64,000 bases of DNA from Candidatus Latescibacterota bacterium. Lineage in GTDB: Bacteria > Latescibacterota > UBA2968 > UBA8231. Numbering within the stretch: the first letter of the stretch is position 1; each line of letters starts with the position of its first letter. Positions 47,185-55,852 of the stretch are shown here, one piece after another. Under the pieces are notes generated by a model that ran no database searches, had not been told where the DNA came from, and saw nothing but the letters and a program-made list of their open reading frames with translations. The position numbers and the translations under genes were made by a program. The DNA is taken from positions 1,440,001 through 1,504,000 of the forward strand of contig OZ241889.1 in assembly GCA_965203355.1 (NCBI GenBank). The letters are read 5' to 3'.

Positions 47185-48348
47185 ATGAGAATTACCCGAG
47201 TAGCAGTCAGTCCAGAAGTCCTTTGCTGGGCACGGGAACGCGCCGGGTTCGAGTTGGCCGACCTGCAAGGCAGGTTCCCAAGGTTGGCGGAATGGGAAAG
47301 CGCGTCCAGCCAGCCCACGCTGAAACAGTTGCAAGACTTCGCCAAAGCGACGCGGGTGCCGTACGGATTTCTTTTTTTGCCAGAACCGCCAGCGATGCCG
47401 TTGCCGTTTACAGACTTCCGTGCGGTCGAAAGTCGACGACCCCAAGGCATCAGCCCAGAACTGATGGACACCGTCTACCTCATGCGGCGGCGGCAGGCTT
47501 GGCTGCGGGAAGAGCGGATGGAAGCGGAAGCGGGGCCGGTGGGCTTCGTCGGCCGCGCGTCGCTTGCGGACAACCCGGCGGAGATCGGCCAGAAAATGCG
47601 GCGAGTGCTCGGGCTGGTTGATGGCTGGGCGACGCGGGTGCCGACTTGGACGGCTGCCGTGGGCGAACTGCGCCAAGCCATTGAAGCACTCGGCGTCATG
47701 GCGGTGGTCAACGGCATCGTCGGTAACAATACCCGTCGCAAGCTGGATGTGAACGAGTTCCGCGGATTTGCCCTGAGCGATCCCCATGCCCCGCTGATCT
47801 TCGTCAACGGATCGGACGCCAAGTCCGCCCAGATGTTCACCCTCGCGCACGAATTGGCGCATTTGTGGCTGGGCGATGTGGGCGAGGGCTTGTCCGGCTT
47901 CAAGGAACTGCAACCGGGCGACGGAGAGGTGGAGCGATTTTGCGACCGGGCGGCGGCCGAATTCCTCGTGCCTGCCGCCGAGATTCGGGTCGCTTGGCAT
48001 TCGGTTGCCGAGGGCGGAGCACCCTTGGAGAGTTTGGCTCGGCACTTCAAGGTCAGCCCGGTGGTGATCGGGCGTCGGGCAATGGACCTGGATTTGATGG
48101 AATGCGACGAGTTTTTCGCTTTCTACCGCGATTACACTCAAAGAGAATACCAAAAAAAGCAGAAAGGACTGGGCGGTGGGGACTTCTACAGCAATCAGAA
48201 CTACCGCGTTGGCCGGCTGTTTGCTTCCCATGTGATCCGGGCGGCCAAGGAAGGGCGCATCGGCTTCAAGGAAGCCTATGACCTGACCGGACTGAAGGGT
48301 GGCACGTTCCAGCGGTATGCCAGCAAACTCGAAGTCGCGCCACCATGA
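47185..48348 (+). CDS. XRE-HTH + ImmA/IrrE Zn-metallopeptidase
   Basis: N-terminal WARERAG..WES..QPTLKQL HTH; FTLAHELAHLWL (HExxH); ERFCDRAAAEFL. Confidence 0.92.
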   Translation: MRITRVAVSPEVLCWARERAGFELADLQGRFPRLAEWESASSQPTLKQLQDFAKATRVPYGFLFLPEPPAMPLPFTDFRAVESRRPQGISPELMDTVYLMRRRQAWLREERMEAEAGPVGFVGRASLADNPAEIGQKMRRVLGLVDGWATRVPTWTAAVGELRQAIEALGVMAVVNGIVGNNTRRKLDVNEFRGFALSDPHAPLIFVNGSDAKSAQMFTLAHELAHLWLGDVGEGLSGFKELQPGDGEVERFCDRAAAEFLVPAAEIRVAWHSVAEGGAPLESLARHFKVSPVVIGRRAMDLDLMECDEFFAFYRDYTQREYQKKQKGLGGGDFYSNQNYRVGRLFASHVIRAAKEGRIGFKEAYDLTGLKGGTFQRYASKLEVAPP

Positions 48349-48869
48349 ATTCAACACCCGGCTATCTCATTGATTCCGACGTGCTGATCACGGCAAAGAA
48401 TCGATACTATGCGTTTGCGATATGTCCGGGATTTTGGGACAGCATGTTGCACGGTCATTCGCTTGGGCGCGTCCACAGCATCGATCAAGTCAGACAGGAA
48501 TTGCTCCTTGGCCGCGATGACGATGACTTGGTGCAGTGGGTTGGTGGGTCCGTACCCGCAGACTTTTTCCTCGACAGTGACGCTGAAGAAGTTGTCGATG
48601 CCTTCACTCGGGTCATGCGCTGGGTGACGCGCCGTGCGCAGTATCACGACGAGGCTAAGGCCAAGTTCGCCACCGGCGCGGATGGCTGGCTGGTCGCTCA
48701 TGGCGTGGTGAGCGGAAAGACCGTCGTTACCAACGAGCAGCCGCGCCCGGAGTCGCGCAACCAAATCAAACTGCCCGATGTCTGTAATGCCTTCTCCGTT
48801 GATTTCGAAGATACCTTCGCCATGCTGCATAAGCTCGGCGTCCAATATCGCTTTCAACCAAACTTGTGA
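48345..48869 (+). CDS. DUF4411 family PIN-like protein
   Basis: YLIDSDVLITAKNRYY..CPGFW, ADGWLVA, VVTNE, IKLPDVC; coupled to the ImmA gene. Confidence 0.88.
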   Translation: MNSTPGYLIDSDVLITAKNRYYAFAICPGFWDSMLHGHSLGRVHSIDQVRQELLLGRDDDDLVQWVGGSVPADFFLDSDAEEVVDAFTRVMRWVTRRAQYHDEAKAKFATGADGWLVAHGVVSGKTVVTNEQPRPESRNQIKLPDVCNAFSVDFEDTFAMLHKLGVQYRFQPNL

Positions 48870-48872
48870 CCG

Positions 48873-51800
48873 ATGGCCGCGCACACCGAACGCGATTTCG
48901 AGGAGGCGATTGAAGCCGGGCTGACCGGCTCCGGCGGCTACGAGACGCGAAGCTCGAAAGCCTACGACGAAACGCTCGCCCTATTTCCCGGCGATGTTGC
49001 CGATTTCTTGAAGGAAAGCCAGCCCGCCAAATGGCAGGTGCTGGAAACGCTTCTTGGGCCGAAAACCGCGGCGACGGTGCTGGCCAGCCTGTCGAAGGAA
49101 TTGGAGATCAAAGGTACGCTCCACGTTCTGCGCCACGGCTTCAAATGCTACGGCAAAACCTTCCGCATGGCCTATTTCCGGCCCAACACCAACATGAACC
49201 CCGAGGCCGCGGCGAACTACGCCAAAAATCGGCTGACCATCACGCGCCAAGTGGCTTTCACCTCGGCTATGAAGAAGGCCGACGGCAAAAACCGCCGCTG
49301 CATCATTGACGTGACGCTTGCGGTCAACGGCATTCCGGTCGTTACCGCCGAACTCAAGAACCCGCTGACCGGACAATGCGCCGCTCATGCGATTCGCCAG
49401 TATGAGGACGAGCGGGACGAGCGCGATCTCCTCTTCGCTTTCAAGAAACGCGCACTGGTCCACTTTGCCGTGGACCCAGACGAGGCGTGGATGACGACGC
49501 GGCTCAGGGGCAAGGAAACTCGCTTCCTGCCTTTTAATCGAGGCAACGACCACGGGGCGGGCAATCCGCCGGTCGCCGGCAACTGGAAGGCCCATTACCT
49601 GTGGGACGAGGTGCTACAAGCCGACAGTCTGCTGGAAATCTTGCAACGCTTCATGCACCTCGAAGCAAAGGAGACGCGGGTCAAGACCAACAAGGGTGTG
49701 CGCACCGTGCGGCAAGAGACGATGATCTTTCCGCGCTATCACCAACTTGATTCGGTCCGAAAACTCGTCGCCCACGCCAAAGCTAATGGCGCGGGCCGGA
49801 ACTACCTGATCCAGCATTCGGCCGGTTCCGGCAAGTCGAACTCGATTGCGTGGCTCGCGCACCGGCTGGCCAGCCTGCACGACGAACGCGACGACAAGGT
49901 GTTTCATTCCGTCGTGGTCGTGACCGATCGGCGCGTACTCGATCGGCAGTTGCAGGAGACGATCTATCAGTTCGAGCACAAGACTGGCGTAGTCGAGAAA
50001 ATCGACGAGGACACCCAGCAACTGGCAAAAGCGCTGTCGCAGGGTACGCCCATCGTCATCACGACGATCCAGAAATTCCCCTTCATCTCGCAGGCACTCG
50101 CGACGCTTGAGCAGAAGGGTTCCGGTGTGCAGATCGACACGGCGGGAAAGCACTTCGCCGTCATTGTCGATGAAGCGCATTCGTCCCAGAGCGGCGCGAC
50201 CGCGACCGCTCTCAAGGGCATGCTGAACAAGGAAGGAATCGAAGCGGCCATTGCCGCGCAGCTTTCCGAAGAAGAGGACGACGATCTGTCGGACGAGGCG
50301 AAAGCGGCCGTGTTGCGCGATGCGCTGCGACGCACCAAGCAGCCGAACCTCAGTTTCTTCGCCTTTACGGCCACGCCGAAATTCAAGACGAAGGCCCTGT
50401 TCGACGAGCCCGGCTCGTCCGGCGCGTCACCCTTCCACGAGTACACCATGCGGCAAGCCATTGAGGAAGGCTTCATCATGGATGTGCTCGAGAACTACAC
50501 GACCTACAAGCGTTTCTTCGGCTTGGTCAAACAGGTCGAGGACGATCCCGACGTGCCGCGCAGGAAAGCCGCGAAGGCCCTGACGCGCTATCTGGAGCTT
50601 CATCCCGTCAATATTGAGCAAGTCGTTTCCGTCATCGTCGAACATTTCCGACTTCATGTGATGCACGAGCTCGGCGGACGCGCAAAGGCGATGGTTGTCA
50701 CGGGATCTCGCCTTGCCGCCGTGAGATACAAGCTCGCCTTTGACCGCTACATTGAAGAGCAAGGCTACACTGGCATCCGTTCGCTGGTGGCCTTCTCGGG
50801 TACAGTTGACGACCCGGATGACCCGGGATCGTCGTACACTGAAGTGGCGATGAACGACGGACTTGCTGAAAGCGAACTCCCGGAAGCCTTCGGACGCGAC
50901 GATTACCGGGTGCTGCTGGTCGCGGAGAAGTATCAGACCGGCTTCGATCAGCCGTTGTTACAGACGATGTATGTGGTGAAGCGGCTGGCTGGCGTTCAGG
51001 CGGTTCAGACCCTCTCTAGGCTCAACCGCATCGCGCCCGGTAAATCGCGGACCTTCGTGCTCGATTTCGCCAACGAGGAAGATGAGATCTACCAAGCGTT
51101 CAAACCCTATTACGAAACCACGCCTGTTGGCGAGAACGCCGATCCGCAGCGCCTGTCGGAACTGCAACACCGCCTACTGGAATGGAAGATATTTACGCCG
51201 GCCGATGTAACCGATTTCGCCCGAGTCTGGTATCGCCGCAAACGCGACCTGTCCGCAAATGATCACCGCATTATGAACGCCGTTCTTGATCTCGTTGTGC
51301 GGTGCTTTGAGGATCGCCGGGAGGAAGAACGAGAGGAGTTTCGCGGCCAGTTGAAAGCCTATCGAAACCTCTACGCCTTTTTGTCGCAGATCATTCCGTA
51401 TCAGGACAGCGATCTTGAACGGCTCTACGCTTTCGCAAGGAATCTCTTGGCGAAACTCCCGCCGCCGGGTGATGGCCAAGCCTTCGTTCTCGACGATGAG
51501 GTGGCACTCCAGTTCTTTCGGCTTCAGCAGATGACCGAAGGCTCTATTGACCTCTCGGAAGGCTACACTCGTCCCCTGAAGGGGCCGACCGATGTCGGCA
51601 CCGCGGGCGTCAAAGACAAAGCGGTGACGCTTTCGAGCTTGATCGACCGCCTCAACGAGCGGTTCGGCACCGATTTCACCGAGGCGGATCAGTTGTTCTT
51701 CGACCAGATACGTGCTTCGGCAGAGAACGACGAGAGCGTTTCGGAGGCCGTACGCGCCAATAATTTCGCAAACTTCGCCGCTTATCTGGATCGCCTGCTG

Positions 51801-51932
51801 GACGAACTGTTCATCGCGCGCATGGAAGGCAACGAAGAAATCTTCAAGAGGGTGATGACGGATACTGAGTTCCGTTCAGCCGCACATGAGCACTTGGCCC
51901 GCGAGATTTTCCAACGGGTGCGCGAAGCATAG
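48873..51932 (+). CDS. hsdR: Type I restriction endonuclease subunit R
   Basis: D..NGIP..ELKN nuclease motif, HSAGSGKS Walker A, DEAH, FTATP, TGFDQP. Confidence 0.95.
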   Translation: MAAHTERDFEEAIEAGLTGSGGYETRSSKAYDETLALFPGDVADFLKESQPAKWQVLETLLGPKTAATVLASLSKELEIKGTLHVLRHGFKCYGKTFRMAYFRPNTNMNPEAAANYAKNRLTITRQVAFTSAMKKADGKNRRCIIDVTLAVNGIPVVTAELKNPLTGQCAAHAIRQYEDERDERDLLFAFKKRALVHFAVDPDEAWMTTRLRGKETRFLPFNRGNDHGAGNPPVAGNWKAHYLWDEVLQADSLLEILQRFMHLEAKETRVKTNKGVRTVRQETMIFPRYHQLDSVRKLVAHAKANGAGRNYLIQHSAGSGKSNSIAWLAHRLASLHDERDDKVFHSVVVVTDRRVLDRQLQETIYQFEHKTGVVEKIDEDTQQLAKALSQGTPIVITTIQKFPFISQALATLEQKGSGVQIDTAGKHFAVIVDEAHSSQSGATATALKGMLNKEGIEAAIAAQLSEEEDDDLSDEAKAAVLRDALRRTKQPNLSFFAFTATPKFKTKALFDEPGSSGASPFHEYTMRQAIEEGFIMDVLENYTTYKRFFGLVKQVEDDPDVPRRKAAKALTRYLELHPVNIEQVVSVIVEHFRLHVMHELGGRAKAMVVTGSRLAAVRYKLAFDRYIEEQGYTGIRSLVAFSGTVDDPDDPGSSYTEVAMNDGLAESELPEAFGRDDYRVLLVAEKYQTGFDQPLLQTMYVVKRLAGVQAVQTLSRLNRIAPGKSRTFVLDFANEEDEIYQAFKPYYETTPVGENADPQRLSELQHRLLEWKIFTPADVTDFARVWYRRKRDLSANDHRIMNAVLDLVVRCFEDRREEEREEFRGQLKAYRNLYAFLSQIIPYQDSDLERLYAFARNLLAKLPPPGDGQAFVLDDEVALQFFRLQQMTEGSIDLSEGYTRPLKGPTDVGTAGVKDKAVTLSSLIDRLNERFGTDFTEADQLFFDQIRASAENDESVSEAVRANNFANFAAYLDRLLDELFIARMEGNEEIFKRVMTDTEFRSAAHEHLAREIFQRVREA

Positions 51933-52334
51933 AGAACCAACGAGAGCAAGTACGAACAGAATTTCTATGCCGTAAAAAATGACTAACGTCACCGAGCGAA
52001 ATGTTGCGGGCCAACTGTGTTTCGGCTTGTCCTTATGCTGCCCTGGATTCATGGCAAAGTCGGTCTCGTCCTGCTGGCGGACGCGGTCGTACTCGGCGCG
52101 AAACAATCGCTCCTGCCACAAGAAGTACGCATCCAGCACCCAGAATCCGAAAACGGGCACGAGAAGCGTCAGTGCTAATTGAGGCTGGTCTGGCTGAAGT
52201 CGCACGATCAACAAGGCTCCGGCGATGAGGACGGTCATGCTCCAACCCTTGAGCAGAAAAGCGTTGCTACCCAAGCGATTTACGATGCCCTGAATAAACT
52301 CCAAGTGTTTTACAACACGTTCACCGTTGTTCAT
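51876..52334 (-). CDS. Small conserved-looking membrane protein (3 TM), unknown function
   Basis: KHLEFIQGIVNRLGSNAFLLKGWS..FWVLDAYFLWQERLFR; GGAGG RBS; overlaps the hsdR 3' end convergently. Confidence 0.7.
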   Translation of the reverse strand: MNNGERVVKHLEFIQGIVNRLGSNAFLLKGWSMTVLIAGALLIVRLQPDQPQLALTLLVPVFGFWVLDAYFLWQERLFRAEYDRVRQQDETDFAMNPGQHKDKPKHSWPATFRSVTLVIFYGIEILFVLALVGSLCFAHPLENLAGQVLMCG

Positions 52335-52402
52335 TGGATGCTACCTCCGTATCGTCTTTTCGGCTCAGTTGCTGTTCCATTCTCTTGGTCAGCGGCAGTA
52401 AA

Positions 52403-52795
52403 TCAGAAATAGAGCAGAATGAGAAGACCCAACGATAGGGTCTTGACGATTATTAAGGCGATGACCCACTTAAACATACGGGACATCTTGGCTTCGATCT
52501 GGTCGAGTCCTTCTGACACATTTTTTTCAAATTCGTCAAAAGACTGCTTCACTTGACCAAGGGCTTGCTCTATATCCTCAAACTGCTCCAACAACTCATC
52601 CAGATCGGAGCTCTCTTGTCCCGTCAGCAAGCGATAGGCATGAGCACCCTTCTTAAACGCCTCTTCGGCAACCGGGTTGTCCGGGTTGCGGTCCGGGTGG
52701 TGCTTGAGGGCGTAGCGGCGAAACGCCGCCTTTATCGTCTCTGTGGTGGCGTCCTCATCTACACCCAAAATGAGGTGGGCTTCTCGTCGTCTCAT
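52403..52795 (-). CDS. J-domain (DnaJ-like) protein with C-terminal TM anchor
   Basis: ILGV..IKAAFRRYALKHHPDRN (HPD); coiled coil; hydrophobic C-terminus. Confidence 0.82.
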   Translation of the reverse strand: MRRREAHLILGVDEDATTETIKAAFRRYALKHHPDRNPDNPVAEEAFKKGAHAYRLLTGQESSDLDELLEQFEDIEQALGQVKQSFDEFEKNVSEGLDQIEAKMSRMFKWVIALIIVKTLSLGLLILLYF

Positions 52796-53200
52796 GCACT
52801 TATCCTCATCTCTCTTGTTTTATCTGCCTCATCTGCGGATTTTCCAATTGCTCTATCTCAAGCTGCACCGCGTCAGATTGCGGTCGCTGGTTTTGCCGAG
52901 ATTGGCCTCGCTGCGGAAAACCTCTTCCATTTCTCTTTGTTCTTCGTTTCCATCGCCTCCAGCGAGTTGGCCAACATTGGCTTCCGAGTGCCGTTCATAG
53001 AGGTCGTTTTGGGCCGGACAAAACGCTCGTCTTTCAAGCGGCAGAGCAGACGATCGCTTGGTCAATAAAAAAACACAGTAACAGCGTTATTTCAAAATAA
53101 AAAGGTACTGGCCCGAACCGCAGCGGCAATCCGTGCCGGTTGTCGCCACCGGGCCTTTTGAACTTATTAACAGGCTACAACCCGAACGAGGAGATACCTT

Positions 53201-53659
53201 ATGAAAAGCTGTATCCGCGCCGCGCTCGCGTGTGCGCTCGCCGTCGCGTCGGTCTTTGCCCAAGAGGCCGTGCCGCTCAAGACCCTGCCCTTTAGCCCGG
53301 CCCGCCAAGTCGGCGACTTTCTCTTCATCAGTGGCCAGATCGCCCGCACGGCCGATGGGGCCGACGTCAAGGAATCGGTCGCGGCCGAGACGCATCAAAT
53401 CATGGAAAACATTGGGCGCATACTCGAAGAGCACGGGTATGCGTATGACGACCTCGTCAGCGCGACCGTCTGGCTCTCGGACATTGAAGATTACCACGAG
53501 ATGAACAAGGCATACGCTTCGTACTTTGAGGAGCAGTTTCCAGCGCGGGCCTGCACGGGCGGAGCGCAGATTGTCTTTGACTTTCGCGTCGAGATCGCCG
53601 CCATCGCCTATAAGGGCACGGATGATGAGGCCGACCCCGACCGGGCCGACGAGGAATAG
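53201..53659 (+). CDS. RidA/YjgF family protein with Sec-type signal peptide
   Basis: PFSPA..LFISGQI..MNKAYASYF..PARAC..VEI; N-terminus MKSCIRAALACALAVASVFA. Confidence 0.88.
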   Translation: MKSCIRAALACALAVASVFAQEAVPLKTLPFSPARQVGDFLFISGQIARTADGADVKESVAAETHQIMENIGRILEEHGYAYDDLVSATVWLSDIEDYHEMNKAYASYFEEQFPARACTGGAQIVFDFRVEIAAIAYKGTDDEADPDRADEE

Positions 53660-53662
53660 GCT

Positions 53663-54661
53663 ATGCCGTTGAGCCGTCGTCGCTTCATGCGCGAGGCCGC
53701 GTTAGCCGCTGGCGGTCTCGCCCTCGCCAGAACAGCACGCGCAGAAAAGGACATCCCCATGAGTGCCGATCGCCCGCTCTTTGTCTCCACTTGGCCCTTT
53801 GGCAAAGCCGCCAACGAACAATCGCTGCGGATCGCCCAACAAGGCGGCTCGGTTCTCGACGCGGTCGAGCGCGGCATCCACGTGGCCGAGGCTGACGCCT
53901 CTAACGCATCCGTGGGATTGGGGGGCATACCCAACGCCGAGGGCGTGGTGCAGCTCGACGCCTGCATCATGGATGGCGAGGGGCAACGCGCTGGCAGCGT
54001 CGCCGCTATCGAGGGAATCCTGCATCCGATCTCGGTGGCGCGCCGAGTGATGGACGAGACCAAGCACGTCATGCTCGTCGGCGAAGGGGCGCGGCAGTTT
54101 GCGCTGGAGCAGGGTTTTGCCCGCGTTGATTTGCTCACCGAAGAGAGGCGCGAGGCGTGGGAGGCGTGGCGGGAAAAGCAGGGCGCGGCTGACAATCACG
54201 ACACCATCGCTCTGCTTGGAATCGACGGTGCAGGGCGGATCGCGGGCGGCTGCTCGACTAGCGGCTGGGGGTACAAGCTGCCGGGCCGCGTTGGGGATTC
54301 GCCGATTATTGGCAGCGGCTTGTACGTCGATGGGGGCGTGGGCGCGGCTGGTGCGACGGGCTTGGGCGAGAATGTCATGCGCTACTGCGCCACCTTCCTC
54401 GCGGTCGAGTACATGCGTCAGGGGCTGCACCCGGAGGAAGCCTGCGTCGAGACCATCCGCCGCATCGTCGCGCTCGACCCGCGTCCGGTCGAGGAATTGC
54501 ACCTCAACTTCGTCGCGCTCGACAAGCAGGGCCGCTTTGGCGCGGCCGGCACCAACGAGGGCTTCCAATACGCCGTTACCTATCCCGGGTACAGCGAGGT
54601 GCTCACGGGCGTTGGGGTGGGCACGGGCGAGATCGGCCCCGAGGGGGGCAATCGGCGCTGA
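53663..54661 (+). CDS. N(4)-(beta-N-acetylglucosaminyl)-L-asparaginase / isoaspartyl peptidase (Ntn hydrolase) with Tat signal
   Basis: SRRRFM Tat motif; STWPFG, QLDACIMD, HDT autocleavage site, GRVGDSPIIG. Confidence 0.9.
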   Translation: MPLSRRRFMREAALAAGGLALARTARAEKDIPMSADRPLFVSTWPFGKAANEQSLRIAQQGGSVLDAVERGIHVAEADASNASVGLGGIPNAEGVVQLDACIMDGEGQRAGSVAAIEGILHPISVARRVMDETKHVMLVGEGARQFALEQGFARVDLLTEERREAWEAWREKQGAADNHDTIALLGIDGAGRIAGGCSTSGWGYKLPGRVGDSPIIGSGLYVDGGVGAAGATGLGENVMRYCATFLAVEYMRQGLHPEEACVETIRRIVALDPRPVEELHLNFVALDKQGRFGAAGTNEGFQYAVTYPGYSEVLTGVGVGTGEIGPEGGNRR

Positions 54662-54718
54662 GTGGCGCAGATGCGATTGGCTTCCCATTGCACGCCCCTT
54701 GTGGGCATCCTTGGGCAC

Positions 54719-55621
54719 CTACAGGCTATTGTCTTTATTTTCGCGCACTAGCAAATAGACGACCAAGGCGATTACATTGCCCAAGAAACCGAACAGGCCC
54801 CAAATTGTGGCTCTTTCTCGTTTCTTTTGGGCGTCTAGGGTCATCCACGCCGGGATGGAGAGCCAGAAGAGGATTAGGCCGATTAAGGTCACGAGCGTGA
54901 ATATGTTCATCCACAGTCTGAGCCTTTCCTTTTTCTCCCAATACTGCCCTAGCGACTGAGTTCCAGGCATCAATCGGGGGGGTGCCACGGCGATGGCGAC
55001 TAAGCCGTCTTTGACGCGGGTCATTGCCACGGGCCTAGGGGATGTGACTAGGTGCTTTGGGATTAGGTCTCGGTCTTGGCTGGAAAGGTCTCTACCACCA
55101 ATTACCGCAGGCAATAGGATAGCGGTCCGCTGTATGGGCTGAAGCAGACCTTCGGGCACGGTCTCCAATAGTTCAATTTTCGCCGTCTCTTCTTGCGAGT
55201 AATCGTGCAGGACGCGGACGACGACGACAGCGCGCAAGTGGGGTGGTAGGGCTGCGAGCAGTTGGTGGGCGGCGGCTTCGTCGTCGCGCTTGAGCAAGTG
55301 GTCGTGGGGGCTGCGAGTTGGCGGCTCGGCCATTTGCTCGGCTGGAATGCTCGTGCTTTGGCGGCGCAACTCGTCCATGCACAGGTTGTGGGCTATGGTA
55401 TAGAGCCAAGTTGAAAATTTGCCCCGCGGCTTGAAGCGGTCGGCGTTTTCCAATACGCGCATGTACGTCTCCTGAAACACGTCTTCTGCCAAGGCCGCGT
55501 CCTGCACGATCCGCAAGATAAAATTGAAAAGGGCCTGGCGATGGCGCGTGTAAAGCGGGTCAAACGCCTGCATATCTCCTTGGCGGAGATTGCCCATCAA
55601 TGCTTCGTCGCTCCATCCCAT
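54719..55621 (-). CDS. ECF sigma factor truncated in region 4 and fused in frame to a membrane-protein C-terminus (probable deletion chimera)
   Basis: AEDVFQETY..FSTWLYTIAHNLCMDELRR (region 2), LPPHLRAVVV..YSQEETAKI, then unrelated sequence ending in TM helices; no GTVKSRL-type recognition helix. Confidence 0.72.
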   Translation of the reverse strand: MGWSDEALMGNLRQGDMQAFDPLYTRHRQALFNFILRIVQDAALAEDVFQETYMRVLENADRFKPRGKFSTWLYTIAHNLCMDELRRQSTSIPAEQMAEPPTRSPHDHLLKRDDEAAAHQLLAALPPHLRAVVVVRVLHDYSQEETAKIELLETVPEGLLQPIQRTAILLPAVIGGRDLSSQDRDLIPKHLVTSPRPVAMTRVKDGLVAIAVAPPRLMPGTQSLGQYWEKKERLRLWMNIFTLVTLIGLILFWLSIPAWMTLDAQKKRERATIWGLFGFLGNVIALVVYLLVRENKDNSL

Positions 55622-55852
55622 AGGAGAATCCAGACGAGTCGAGGCTTAAACATCACGTACTTAACTGACGTTGCGCGTCGATATCCGTTTTTGGTAAAAA
55701 TGATGCCATCCTCAACGACGATCGCCTACCGAATGTAGGGGCGTAACGTTTGTTGTTTATACGGATGGGGCCGCTGTTTCGTTCACGGTGGCGGTGCGTT
55801 TGTGGGCTTGCGATCGCTCAAGGGACGAATCTAACGGCTCTGTTCTGCTTGG

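Noticed and set aside
47140-48357. 405-aa antisense ORF over the ImmA gene (and similar long antisense ORFs across the window)
   Set aside because: Expected stop-poor reverse frames in GC-rich coding DNA; no independent evidence
42780-53180. RM region as a discrete mobile element with att sites
   Set aside because: Composition differs, but there is no integrase or tRNA; flanking gggcctgtt / ttaacaggc-like words are too short and degenerate to call ends
55723-55743. REP-like GTAG palindrome (cgcctac-cgaat-gtaggggcg)
   Set aside because: Single short imperfect copy, with no other copies or RAYT transposase seen in the window
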